The notes: generated from the letters alone by a model not told the origin. A stretch of 64,000 bases of DNA from Candidatus Poribacteria bacterium (GCA_965116925.1 OZ220744.1:2496001-2560000), one strand, 5' to 3'. Positions 39,575 to 51,200 are shown, counted from the stretch's first letter. Numbers and translations: made by a program.

Positions 39575-40456
39575 ATGACGAAACAGCACGACGATATAGA
39601 CGAAACGAATCCTAGTCCTGAACCTGTTGGACGTCAGCGGGCGATACGGGTTGATGTGCCGACGAATCTAGATAACATTCGGGTTATTCTGTTTGAGCCG
39701 CGTGAGCCGGGCAACATTGGATCGGCGGCGCGGGCGTTGAAGGGGATGGGACTTTCCCAACTATACCTTGTGAATCCTATCCCGTTTCTTGAGGCGAAAC
39801 CGACATGGTATATGGCGCACGGTGCGACGGATGTTATCGAGAATTGCTGCGTCGTAGAGACGTTGGATGATGCGCTCGAAGGGGTTCAGTTTCTCGTCGG
39901 CACGACCCATCGGCGGCGCGATCCCAGACTGCCGCCCTCCGTCTCCGCAAGAGAAGCAGCGCAGGAGATTGCCTCTATTTCACAGAATCAGCGGGTCGGG
40001 CTGCTGTTTGGACGCGAGGATTTTGGGCTATCCACCTCGCAGATCAGCCGCTGTCAGTTGATAGCAAGCGTCCCGATGGCTGCGAAAAATCCGTCCCTAA
40101 ATCTGGCACAGGCGGTGCAGGTTTTTGCCTACGAAGTTTTTCTCGCCAGTGCGGGGGACATCCCGCCAGCGGAATTAGAGTACGCCGATGCCAACGAGAT
40201 CGAGGCGTTTTACGGGCGCATTACAAACCTTCTACAACGGATCGGTGTTACGCCTTACAATCACGATTGGGAGACCTTTTTGAAATCGTTGCGGCGTGTG
40301 TTTTCGCGGACGCGGTTGGAGCAGCGGGATATCGCCACATTGGACATGATCTTCTCGACGACGTTGCGTTACATCACGCGACTCAACCGTCGCCTCACAG
40401 ATCAGTCAGATACCCCTTCCGCAGACCCCTCAGAGGAGGGCGATCTCAACACTTGA
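39575..40456 (+). CDS. trmJ: SPOUT RNA methyltransferase, TrmJ/LasT family
   Basis: PGNIGSAARA, LFGRED.GL, SLNLAQAV. Confidence 0.8.
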   Translation: MTKQHDDIDETNPSPEPVGRQRAIRVDVPTNLDNIRVILFEPREPGNIGSAARALKGMGLSQLYLVNPIPFLEAKPTWYMAHGATDVIENCCVVETLDDALEGVQFLVGTTHRRRDPRLPPSVSAREAAQEIASISQNQRVGLLFGREDFGLSTSQISRCQLIASVPMAAKNPSLNLAQAVQVFAYEVFLASAGDIPPAELEYADANEIEAFYGRITNLLQRIGVTPYNHDWETFLKSLRRVFSRTRLEQRDIATLDMIFSTTLRYITRLNRRLTDQSDTPSADPSEEGDLNT

Positions 40457-40754
40457 CCTTAATCTCATCGTCCTCAACGACCACTTCGTATGATCTGACG
40501 CGGAGTCGCTCATCCGTATAACAGCGTCCGTTTGTAACATCGTATGCGTAGCTGTGAACTGGGCAGATTACCGCCCCATTCCTGACACGTCCTCTGCCAA
40601 GAGGACCTAGCGCATGGGCACACGCATTGTTTAAGGCGTAGAAATTCTCGCCGTCGGCGTTGAAAACTGCAATCCGCTTCCCGTTGACGGTGAACGCCTT
40701 GCCCCGTCCCTGCCGAATATCCGACGTTTTTGCAACCGTTACAAAATCTGACAC
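40446..40754 (-). CDS. Rieske [2Fe-2S] ferredoxin
   Basis: CAH...CPVH ligand motifs; GTG start after AAGGAG. Confidence 0.88.
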   Translation of the reverse strand: MSDFVTVAKTSDIRQGRGKAFTVNGKRIAVFNADGENFYALNNACAHALGPLGRGRVRNGAVICPVHSYAYDVTNGRCYTDERLRVRSYEVVVEDDEIKVKC

Positions 40755-40871
40755 GGTTCTCTCCTTTCTCCTCAACTGTATTCACCCAATCTGTAGGTCG
40801 ATTTTCTAAAACCGACATGCCGTGTCGAGATATGAATCTTGACCTACACGCTGAGCAGTTCTCAATTATAT

Positions 40872-41939
40872 TCATCCTTGACGTTGATCCAAAAGCATCC
40901 GATAAATATCTTCAAACAGGCGCACATCGGTCAAGGTGTCCTCACCTGACGATCTGAACGGTGTATCGTTCCGAACGTTTTCGATGAAATGCTCCGCTTC
41001 CCGTCGATACGCCCATGTCCAGTTCGGCTTCGGGATTGGGCGTGCAATCTCCTGCATCTCCCCGGCTCGGTAGATCTCCACCTCGGCGGGGGTGTTTTTC
41101 AGCAGAAGCGGCGGTGCCCACGTATGCACCCAACCATCTTCAAAGTAGATCTGCGTATGCTCGTCCCACCGATAGTGCGAAACTCTGCCCGTTTCGAGGG
41201 TCACGCGCACACCTGCCATGTCGAAGATGACAACCCCGCTGTAACCGTTATCGTCAAGGTCAACGACTTTTACCTGCGCTTGATCGCCGGCATCCAAGAA
41301 CCAACGCAGCAGGTTGATGTTGTGAGTGTATTGCTGCAGGTAGCTCAAGTAGGGACGCACCCATTCCGCCGGCAGCCATTCAGGCGTTTGTGCGGGGGCT
41401 TCCGGTTTCGGCACATCGCTCGTCACCATTGGTGTGTCGAGGTTGCAGATCCACTCCCCGCAGAAACCGTGATTCCGCACGTAGGTCATCCCTCCCAATT
41501 CGCCCGTTTCTCGAAACTGATCTACCTTAGACCTGACCAGTTCGTTGCCGGCGTCGTACCGTTTCATGTAGCCGACCATCAGTTTTTTACCGGCGGCTTT
41601 TCCCGCAGCGACGATTGACTCCGCCTGCTGGACGGAGACCGCCATCGGCTTCTCCATAAAGACCTGCTTCCCCCCACTCAAGAGGTCTTTCGCGATCTCT
41701 CCTTGCAAGGCAAAGTCGGCGGAGACGGCGACAGCTTCGATTTCGGGGTCGGCTGCCAGTTCGGTGTGGTCGGTGTAGAGGCGGGGGATTCCCCATCGCT
41801 GCTGCACCTGTTGACCGAGTTCCGGTCGTACTTCCGCCAACCCGATAAGTTCGCAATTGGGGAGGCTGGTGAAGTTCGGGATATGCACCTTCTGCGCCAT
41901 AAAGCCGCAACCTACATACCCCAGTTTGATAGGTTCCAT
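40872..41939 (-). CDS. Gfo/Idh/MocA oxidoreductase
   Basis: GYVGCG, MEKPMA, VGYMKRYD. Confidence 0.9.
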   Translation of the reverse strand: MEPIKLGYVGCGFMAQKVHIPNFTSLPNCELIGLAEVRPELGQQVQQRWGIPRLYTDHTELAADPEIEAVAVSADFALQGEIAKDLLSGGKQVFMEKPMAVSVQQAESIVAAGKAAGKKLMVGYMKRYDAGNELVRSKVDQFRETGELGGMTYVRNHGFCGEWICNLDTPMVTSDVPKPEAPAQTPEWLPAEWVRPYLSYLQQYTHNINLLRWFLDAGDQAQVKVVDLDDNGYSGVVIFDMAGVRVTLETGRVSHYRWDEHTQIYFEDGWVHTWAPPLLLKNTPAEVEIYRAGEMQEIARPIPKPNWTWAYRREAEHFIENVRNDTPFRSSGEDTLTDVRLFEDIYRMLLDQRQG

Positions 41940-42040
41940 TGTATCTGTTTTCCCCCAGAGTAAGATATCCGCAAATCCTCACGAGTAGTTTAATACGGAT
42001 TCGCGTGGATTTGTGGATAAATATTGGCTGTTTCAAGAGC

Positions 42041-43513
42041 TTACGGCATACGGCGTATGCCTACTACTTTTGAAACGAGTCCGATTGTCAGGAAATTTGC
42101 GGCTAACCCCCAGACACCGGCGTGGATGCCCATCGGTTTCGTTGCGATCCCCATGCCAGCAAGATTGGCAAGCATGATTCCCAACGCGACGCAGGTGCCG
42201 ACAAGCAGACCCAATAGAACGGCATCGGTACGAAGCTTTTTCAGGTGGACACCGAGGAAGATAGCGGGGGCGACTTGGCATAGCAGCTCAAGTTTAATCT
42301 CCGTTAATCGCCAGAGCGTTTGTGGCAGTTGAATAGCTAGAAAGACCAACACCGCCATAAGCCCCCATGAGAAAATCTTCCCTGTTACGGTCAGGTGATG
42401 CTGAGACACGTCGGGACGCATACGCTTATACAGGTCCTGCGTAAAAACGGAGGAGACTGCAAGTAGCGCGGAATCAACGGTGGACATAATCGCAGCCACG
42501 GCGGCAGAGAGAAAAAGAACTAGTAAAATTCGGATGCCGGGGAGCCGTTCCGCCATGTCGTTTAGCAAGAATAGGGCGACTTGCTCGCTGCCTAGCCGAT
42601 CGAGTCCTGGAAACTGCGCTGCTCCGACCAAACCGACGACGAACATGAAGAAGGTGGTAAAAATTGGCATGAAGACCATGATCTGGAAGGAACGCCGCAG
42701 CGTCTGTTCGTCCTTCGCTGCATAGATCCGTTGGGTGGCGTGTGGGTAGATCGACGGTCCAAAAAAGACGATTGTCAATGTGCTCAGCCACGTGAGTTTT
42801 TGTTGCACCGATGGCGGCTGCCAGAAGGCGGGTTGCGCCACCATCAGTTTCTCCGCTGTGGCAGGTAGTCCGCCGTATTGGTAGCTGATCACACCAAAGA
42901 TGAAGATACACCCCGCCAACAGTAGAACGCCTTGGATAGCGTCTGTCCATGCGACGCTTCGTAAACCGCCGAGCGTCTCGTAGATTAGCATAATTATCGA
43001 CAAAAAAATCACGCCTTGGACAAATGTCACGTACCCGCCTGTCGATGCCTCAACGATGTAACCGATCGCTTTCAGGTTGCTTAGGATATAATTGCCGAGT
43101 GCGATAATAAAAAGGATCGTTGAAAGTATCGTTAGTGCCGTGGATCCAAACCGCTGCTGGATATAGTCGCCAATTGTGATATAGCCGTGCCGCCTAGAGA
43201 GCCGATGGAACTTGGGGGCGTATACCAGATACGCACCGAGGATCGACATCGAAAAGGTGACGCTGACTAGAAAAAAATATCCGGTTCGATATACGTTGCC
43301 GACAAATCCGATTAGCGTAAGACCGCTGTATTGCGTTGCATAGAGGGTGAGGAATAGGACAAATAGGCCGAGTCTCCGGTTGCCGAGGTAAAAGTCAGCC
43401 ATCGAATTCTCTCGCCGTGCGAATCGTCCGGCAAGCCCGACCAGGATGAGGGAGGTTAAATAGATCCCCATAAAGATGACGCCGCCGGGACCGAGTAGCG
43501 CGGTTGTATTCAT
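42041..43513 (-). CDS. Sodium:solute symporter (SSS) family transporter
   Basis: DFYLG.R, GGLR.VAWTD.IQG, AA.MST.DS; multi-TM. Confidence 0.92.
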   Translation of the reverse strand: MNTTALLGPGGVIFMGIYLTSLILVGLAGRFARRENSMADFYLGNRRLGLFVLFLTLYATQYSGLTLIGFVGNVYRTGYFFLVSVTFSMSILGAYLVYAPKFHRLSRRHGYITIGDYIQQRFGSTALTILSTILFIIALGNYILSNLKAIGYIVEASTGGYVTFVQGVIFLSIIMLIYETLGGLRSVAWTDAIQGVLLLAGCIFIFGVISYQYGGLPATAEKLMVAQPAFWQPPSVQQKLTWLSTLTIVFFGPSIYPHATQRIYAAKDEQTLRRSFQIMVFMPIFTTFFMFVVGLVGAAQFPGLDRLGSEQVALFLLNDMAERLPGIRILLVLFLSAAVAAIMSTVDSALLAVSSVFTQDLYKRMRPDVSQHHLTVTGKIFSWGLMAVLVFLAIQLPQTLWRLTEIKLELLCQVAPAIFLGVHLKKLRTDAVLLGLLVGTCVALGIMLANLAGMGIATKPMGIHAGVWGLAANFLTIGLVSKVVGIRRMP

Positions 43514-43562
43514 CAGATACGTTTCCAGACTTTTGTGCTGCCCAAATAGGGGTTAGGAATTT

Positions 43563-43778
43563 TCATGATTCCGAGTTATCGTCATCTTTTGCGGAGACGG
43601 ACCAATAGCGGCGGAGACAGATCGCAACGATAACAGCATATAGGACTGTCGTGCAAAAGCTATAGAATGCCCAAGGCGGGAACCCGAAAATCTGCACCGA
43701 ATGGGACTTTGTAAAGAGCCAAGGGACTGTCGCCACAAGGAAGAATGTCAATAGGCAGTATAGTTTTGTTCGTGTCAT
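43563..43778 (-). CDS. Small 2-TM SSS-associated membrane protein (DUF3311/DUF997-like)
   Basis: PW...IFGFP.W; directly upstream of the SSS gene. Confidence 0.65.
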   Translation of the reverse strand: MTRTKLYCLLTFFLVATVPWLFTKSHSVQIFGFPPWAFYSFCTTVLYAVIVAICLRRYWSVSAKDDDNSES

Positions 43779-44013
43779 TTGCTTTAGATAGGGACGCAGA
43801 TTTCGCTGATTGTCACTGATAAAGACGGAGACTCATATAAAAAGTAAAGTACAAAATGCGAAGCAAAATCGTAGGGGTTGGGTTTCCCAACCCATCGGGC
43901 GAGGGAACCTCGCCCCTACGATACCCGAATTATAGTGATGATATGCCTCGAATTATGACCGCTCTTCAAATGATTCGTGAAGATTTGTGTAGATTCGCGG
44001 AGGTTTTATTAGG

Positions 44014-46749
44014 CTATGTTCCGAGCTGCGGGGCGTCGATTGGCTCAACGCGGACGGGACACACCTTTAGTTCCGCTGTCTCTGTAATTGGATCGTAGCC
44101 AGAGCCAGTGAGGATATTCACAGGCACGTCGCTGAAGCTGAAACTGGCGAAGACCGTTCCACGCGGGGATCGGTTAGTGGATTTCACCTTGACCTTCACG
44201 CTGCCACGGACGCTCGACAACTCGCACCAGTCCCCATCTCTGAGCCCCCATCCCTCAACATCGGCGGGATTTACCTCAAGGGCTTCTTCGGAGAGCAGAT
44301 AGTCGATACCTTGTGCGCGACCGGTTTGTGTACGGGTGTGATATGACTGGAGCCTGCGCCCAGTCGTTAGCCAGACGGGGAAATCGTCGCTGATGGTCTC
44401 CGCTGGATCGCGGTAACGCACGATTGAGAAGATACCACGCCCGTTCACAAACTCACCTTCGTGCAGTCGGGGGGTGCCGGGGTGATCTTTGTCCGGCACG
44501 GGCCACTGGTACTCACTGTTTTCGATACGATCCCAATCGAGTCCTGCGTAAATCGGCGAGACGCTGCACAGTTCGTTGAAGACCGCTTTCGGTTCGTCGA
44601 AGTCGAATCCCTCCAAGCCGATCTGTTTGGCGAGTTGGCTGATGATCCACCAATCGGGCTGGGCTTGCCCCGGCGGCGGCACAGCTGCACGGAGACGCTG
44701 GACGCGACGCTCTGTGTTCGAGCAAACGCCGTCTGTTTCACCGAAGGCAGTTGCAGGCAGGACGACATCGGCAAGTTCCGCGGTATCGGTCAGGAAGATG
44801 TCGATGACGACGAGGTGGTCAAGACTCCTCAAGGCGTGTTCGCAATGGACACGGTCTGGATCGGAGAGTAACGTGTTTTCGCCATCAATCAGCATGGCAC
44901 GGATTTCGTTCCCACAGAGATCAAGCGCGGTGACTTTGGTAATCCCCTTATCAATGTCAACCTCTCTGCCGTAGAGCTCCTTGAACTTGGTTTGGTTGGC
45001 GGGATCTATGACGGGTTGGAAGCCGGGATAGTTGTTCGGGAGTGCGCCGCTATCTCCTGCGCCCTGAATGTTGTTCTGGCCGCGCATCGGGTTGATGCCG
45101 GTGCCTTCGCGCCCGATGTTGCCGGTCATGAGGGCGAGGTTGCAGAGGCTCTGGACATTATCGACGCCGCAGATATGCTCGGTGATGCCGAGTGTGTAGT
45201 AGATTGCGGATTTCGCCGATTCGCCGTACCATTTTGCGGCGGTTTCGATATCCTTTGCAGGCACCCCTGAAATTTCTTCTGCCCATGTCGGCGTAAATTC
45301 GACAAGGTGTTCGAGGAAGCTGTCGCTGTCCGTCGTCCGATTTTCGATGAAGTCTCGATCGATGAGTCCTTCACGGGCGATAACGTGCGCCATTCCGAGC
45401 AGGAGTGCGACATCCGATCCGACCCGAAGCGGTAGATAGAGATCCGACATCTCTGCGAGACCGATGCGCCGCGGATCAGCGACAATTAGCTTCGCTCCCC
45501 CTGCGATTGCTTTTTTGAGCCGTGTCGCTGCGACGGGGTGGCATTCTGTCATATTTGTGCCGATGCAGAAAATAACATCCGGTTTCTCCATATCGACCAG
45601 TGGGTTCGACATGGCACCGCGTCCGATTGTGGCTGCCAGACCGGCAACCGTCGGGGCATGTCAGGCACGGCTACAGTTGTCGATGTAGTTTGTGCCGAAG
45701 CCGACGCGGATGAATTTCTGCATGAGATACGCCGCTTCGCTCGGTGCACGACCGGAGGCGACACCGTAGATACTGTGTCTGCCATGTTTCTCGTTCACCT
45801 GTCGGAAACCATCGGCTGCGCGATTGAGTGCCTCATCCCAACTTGCTTCGTGGAGCTCGCCGTCTTCGCGGCGCACGAGCGGGGCAGTCAATCGGTCGGG
45901 GTGGTGCACGAAGTCGAAGGCGAATTGCCCCTTGACGCAGAGCGCGCCTTCGTTTGCGGGTCCGTCCATCGCTGGGTGGATGCCGACGATCCTATCCTCT
46001 TTGGTCAGGAGATCGATTGAGCAGCCGACGCCGCAGTAGGGGCAGATGGTTCGGGTTTTCTCTATTTCGCCCGGTTGATCAACAGCACGCATCGCCTTCT
46101 TGTCCGCAAGGGCACCGGTCGGGCAGGTCTGCACGCATTGACCGCAGAAGGTGCAGGCGGAATCTCTCAACTCGCCATTGAACTCGGTGGTGATCTGTGT
46201 GTGGAAGCCACGGTTCATGACGCTGATTGCGTAGTCCCCCTCCTGCTCGGCGCAGACGCGGACGCACCGGTAACAGGAGATGCAGAGATCGTAGTCGCGC
46301 AGGATAAATGGATTCTTGTCGTCTGTGTTGCTCGTCCCCGACTGTGCCCCGATGAATCGTCCTGCCCGCGCTTCGTAACGGTTCACGAGGGTTGTCAGTT
46401 CTTGGGATGCATAGCCGCGCAGCGAATCGACATCGAGTTCACGGTTTTCGGAGGTAACCATCTCTAACAGGGTCTTGCGATATTTCTCAATCTCGTCGGT
46501 TGCTGTCCGGACAACCATGCCGGGCGTTGCCTTCGTTGTGCAGGACGCTACGGGATTTCGAGAGCCTTCGAGTTCGACGACGCAGAGGCGGCATCCACCG
46601 AAGGCTTCGAGGCGTGGGTCGTAGCAGAGGGTCGGGATCTGCTTCCGATACCGTTCCGCAATTTCATAGATGGTTTCCCCCTCGGTGAAGGCGACCTCCT
46701 CTCCGTCGAGCGTTATTGTTGTGGGCTGTTCAGGGACGGGTGGGTTCAT
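44014..46749 (-). CDS. fdhF: Selenocysteine-containing formate dehydrogenase alpha subunit (911 aa; UGA at 45661-45663)
   Basis: ORFs 45661-46749 and 44014-45612 are in frame; read-through gives DNCSRA-U-HAPTVAGL; 2Fe-2S, 2x4Fe-4S, CPYCGVGC, RGQNN.QG motifs. Confidence 0.93.
45631..45649 (-). promoter_or_regulatory. Bacterial SECIS hairpin GGUUGCC-GGUCU-GGCAGCC
   Basis: 7-bp stem with GU-containing loop starting 11 nt 3' of the UGA, as in E. coli fdhF. Confidence 0.85.
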
Positions 46750-46855
46750 TCTGTTTTTCCTTTCTTTCCATACAGCGCCGAGCTTGGGTTAAATCGGAGA
46801 AACCGAGTTTTTTCTTGAAAACTCGGTTTCTTTGTCCTTATGTTTATCTCTATTT

Positions 46856-47457
46856 TTACAACGGATTAATCCATGCCGATACGGCTTGGTCCCAGAACTG
46901 CGCCTGTCCATCTGTCATCAGGGCTACATTCTGATCGTGGGCAGCGGTTTCGGTGCCAGATGTCACCCGTTCTCCGGCAGCAACGGGCAAAACAAGCGGT
47001 GTCACCCGCCGAATCAGTTCCGCCCGTCGCCAAGCACGATCCACATCATTGCTATCTACCACCGACGAAATTTCTATTGCCAACCAGACTTCGGGACGGT
47101 CAGGAGACGTTCGCAATTGCCCGGTAGCTACCAAGTCTAAAAGAATAACGTCGCGAAATTCACCAGGGTTAAGGGTTGTCTCTAACGCTTCATCAATTAT
47201 AGACAGATCGACTACCTTCAACCGGCGTATAAGATGCCCGAAGTACCCATTAATCTTGTTGCGATAGGACAACTCTAGGCGGTAATCGTCTAGCCATGCA
47301 ATATCATTCTGTAGTTGGCTCTCGCTCAATGCTCTAAAGTCTCCGGTAAAATCAGCAATTCATCAGAGAGTAGCAGCTGCCGTAACTCCGATCGCCAGTC
47401 TGGACGCTCGGACAGCAGTTGAACCAAATTACGATAATCCTCTACAGTGAATGCCAT
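46856..47457 (-). pseudogene. Frameshifted hypothetical protein (MAFTVEDY...LLSDELL.LP N-terminus plus PD-(D/E)xK-like C-terminus)
   Basis: The 43-aa N-terminal ORF 47326-47457 and the ORF ending at 46856 are joined by a single -1 shift near 47340. Confidence 0.65.
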
Positions 47458-47499
47458 TTTTCAGGTTTCCTCTTGATGCTTATTATAACACGCGGCGGA

Positions 47500-47742
47500 C
47501 TATTTGAGAATCACCATTTTTCGTTTGGCGGAATAATCCCTAGCAGACAGGTGATAGAAGTAGACACCGCTTGCCGCTTGCTCACCGACTTGGTTTCTGC
47601 CATCTGGACTGCATGCCACACTCCAGACATTATCCGTATGCCCTTCAAGGGTCGCTATGAGTTGGGCAGTCGCTACCCGCGTAGGTAGGAATAGAAGGGA
47701 AACCAATAGTAACGTAAAAGCCCAAAGTGGTAATTTTTTCAT
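47500..47742 (-). pseudogene. Internally deleted secreted WD40 + CTD gene (80-aa minigene)
   Basis: Signal peptide, partial WD40 (LEGHTDNVWSVACSPDG) fused to DGRNQVGEQAASGVYFY...RKMVILK. Confidence 0.8.
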
Positions 47743-47815
47743 ATTTTGTAGGGATTTATCTTCTTTGTGGTTGAAAATGTGAGAGGCCTTGGGGCATTCA
47801 ACTGCGTAAGTCCTA

Positions 47816-47866
47816 ATAGATGGTCAGGGTGACGAAAGCCTAATTTGCCCACCGATACGAAATCCA
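47816..47866 (-). pseudogene. 51-bp relic of a CTD-coding sequence
   Basis: Aligns without gaps to 48452-48502 (WIPYRLAEDAFVTLTIY); carries an in-frame TAG. Confidence 0.7.
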
Positions 47867-48259
47867 GTGACAATCAAAATACTAGAAACTTCAATAGCAG
47901 TCAACACTTTTTTCGTTTTTTCCGGTTGATTTTGATAAAGTTTGAAGTGTTGTGAAATAGAAGTTTGGTTGGTAGGGGGAAATTTATGGCGAGATTGGTA
48001 TGATGGTTGAAGCTGTTATTTGTCCCACCGGCGGAACTGTGCTAGCTCACTAGTCCAGTGGTATCCACATTGCGCTCCTCTGGAGCGCGGAGATTGTGGG
48101 TATCGTGATTCTATAGACATTACGCTCCTCTGGAGCGAAAGGCATACAGATTGCCCCTTTAGGAATATAGGCGGGGAGACCAGATGCCCCGCCTACGGAG
48201 TGTGGTGATGTGTAATGGGACAGGATACCCCGCCTATGATGGGTATGGGACGCTCAACA

Positions 48260-51200
48260 CTATTTGAGGATTAGCATTTTGCGGGTGGCAGAATAATCGC
48301 CTGCGGAGAGGTGGTAGAAATACACACCGCTTGCGACCGTTTCACCGACGTGGTTTCTGCCATCCCAATAGATTGCCTTTGACCGACTTTCGTAGGCTGC
48401 TGCAGTCTGATAGCCCACGTTGAGGGTGCGGACAATCTGACCTGCTCCGTCATAGATGGTTAGGGTGACGAAAGCATCCTCCGCCAACCGATACGGTATC
48501 CATGTCTCCGGGTTAAAGGGATTCGGATAATTCGGCAACAACTTCGTCTCTGCTGGTGTTAGGGCTATCAAGAGTTGCTCAAGCACCATAATCCCTTGTT
48601 TGACGATAGGATCCTTAATTTCAAGAAACCTCGCCTCCGTCAGCCAACCCCGCACCTGTGCTGCTGTGAGTGCCCCCTGTGGCTGTGCTGAAGGTGCAGC
48701 TGCTGCATCTCCAAACGCGCCGATAATCACGACCAAATCGAAAACATTGACAACACCATCTCCGTTCGTATCTGCCGCCAGATTTTGCCCTTGCTTTCCA
48801 AACTGGGACGCAACCGAGACCAGATCGAAGATATTTACGACACCATCGCGGTTGACATCTGCTGGTCGCGTTACGGTGTCGTCAAACTCAACGATAACCT
48901 GCCTACTTTGGAGGGTGGGAATATGGGTGTTGATGGATAGTGCACTCAGTGGATTTCCTGTTAGATAAATCTCGTCTCCATTCCCCAGTTTTGTATTTTC
49001 GACGAGGGGTGAGATGTCGGATATCGAGTTGTTCTCAAGATTCAGGGCTGACAGTTGAGGTAATCCTGCTACGGGTGAGATGTCAGATACAGAGTTGTCC
49101 GCAAGATTCAGGTATCCCAGTCGAGTTAATTTCGCAAGGGGTGAGATATCGGATATCGAATTGTTCGTAAGATCTAGCTCTATCAGTCGAGTTAATCTCG
49201 CAAGGGGTGAGAGGTCCGTTACGTTAGTGTTTATAAGCACCAGGTATGTCAGATTAGTTGCATGTTCAAGTCCTGTTAAATTGGTGATATTCTCATTAGT
49301 GCCGTTAAGGTTTGTCAACCGTTCCATATCTGCTGGGGTGATGGTGGTACCAGGTGCCTTGCGGAGAGCCTTCTCGATGACATTTCGGAGGTTGGTGTCG
49401 GGTATGTTCACCGTTTTCGGTGGCACTACGATTTGGTCAAACTCAATGACAATCCCTCTGCTCTGGAGGGCGGGAATGTGGGTGTTGATGGACACGTTGT
49501 TGAGAAGATTTCCCCTCAAGTCAATCCAGTCACTACTTCCCAGTCCCGTATTTCTGAGGAGGGGCGAGATGTCGGATATAGCGTTGTTCAAAAGCCTCAA
49601 TTCTGAAAGGTTGGTTAATCCTGTGAGGGCAGAGATGTCGGATATGGAGTTATCGTCAAGCCATAGCTGTCTCAGTTTGGTTAATCTCGCCAGCGGCGAG
49701 ATGTCTGTTATGTTATTGCCTACTAGCCGTAGTTCTGTTAGGTTAGCTGCATATTCAAGCCCTGTTAAATTGCGGATGTTCTCACTCGTGGCGTAAAATG
49801 CAGCCAAAGTCTGCATATCGGCTACAGTGATGGTAGCCCCTCGTGCCTTGCCGAGAACCTGCTCGATGGCATTTCGGAGGTTGGGGTCGGGTATGTTCAC
49901 GGTTTTGGGTGTCACAACGATTTGGTCAGAATTAACGTTAACGCCTCTGCTTTGGAGGGTAGGAATGTGGGTGTTGAAGGATAGGTCGCTGAGTGGATTT
50001 CCCCTTACATTAAGCGTGTCTCCACTCCCCAGTCCTGTATTTGCGACGAGGGGCCAGAGGTCGGATATAGCGTTGTTCTGAAGATATAGTTCTGTCAGTT
50101 GAGTTAATCTCTCCAGCAGTGAGATATTCGATATTGAGTTGTTGTGAAGCCCAAGTTTTGTCAGCTGAGTTAATCTCTCCAGAGGTGAAATGTCCGTTAT
50201 GTTATTGTGTCCAAGTTCTAGTGTTGTTAAATTGGTGAATCCCGCTAGGAGTGAAATGTTGGATATAGTATTTTTCTCAAGATATAGTTGTCTCAGCTGA
50301 GTTAATCTCGCAAGGGAGAAGATGCTGGATATACGGTTTGACCCAAGATGTAGAAATGTCAGTTGAGTTAATCCCGCTAGAGGTGAGAGGTCGGCTATCG
50401 CGTTGCTCCGAAGCACCAGTTTTGTCAGGTTGGTTGCATGTTCAAGCCCTGTTAAATTGGTGATGGTTTTGCGGGTGACCTCAAGTTCGGTCAACCGTGC
50501 CATGTCCTCTAGCGTGATGACAGCGTCTCGCGCTTTGCCCAGAGCCTTCCTGATAGCATGTCGGATGTTTGGGTCGGGTATGTTCACGGATTGCGGTGGT
50601 GGCGGCGGCGGCGGTGGCACGACGACGACTTGGTCAAACTCCACGGTAACGCCTCTGCTTCGGAGGGTGGCGAGGTGGGTGGTGAAAGATACAGTGCTGA
50701 GGGGATTTCCATTTACATTAACCGTGTCACCACCTCTCAAGCCCGTATTTGCGACGAGGGGCCAGAGGTCGGATATAGCGTTTTCCTGAAGATATAGTTC
50801 GTTCAATTGAGTTAATCGCTCTATGGCTGAGATGTTCGATATGGAGTTATTCCGAAGTCCTAGTATTGTCAGATTCGTTAATCCCGCTAGCGGTGAAATA
50901 TTGGTTATGTTATTATTTCCAAGCCCGAGTTCTGTTAGATTCGTTAATCCCGATAAGGGCGAGATGTACGATATGTTGTTGTTTCCAAGCCCTAGCCCTG
51001 TTAGATTCGTTAATCTTGCTAGAGGTGAGATGTCGGATATGAAGTTATCCCGAAGAATTAGGAATGTCAGATTAGTCAACCCCGCCAGGGGTGAGATGTC
51101 AGATATAGAGTTGTATCGAAGATACAGTTTTGTTAGGTTGGTTGCATGTTCAAGCCCTGTTAAATTGCGGATGTTCTTACTAGTGGCGTCAAGCTCGATC

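Noticed and set aside
44014..46749. FDH as a nonsense pseudogene or two separate genes
   Set aside because: The stop is a TGA at the catalytic Sec position with a SECIS
47816..48502. DGR template/variable repeat pair
   Set aside because: Mismatches are not adenine-specific and no reverse transcriptase is in the window
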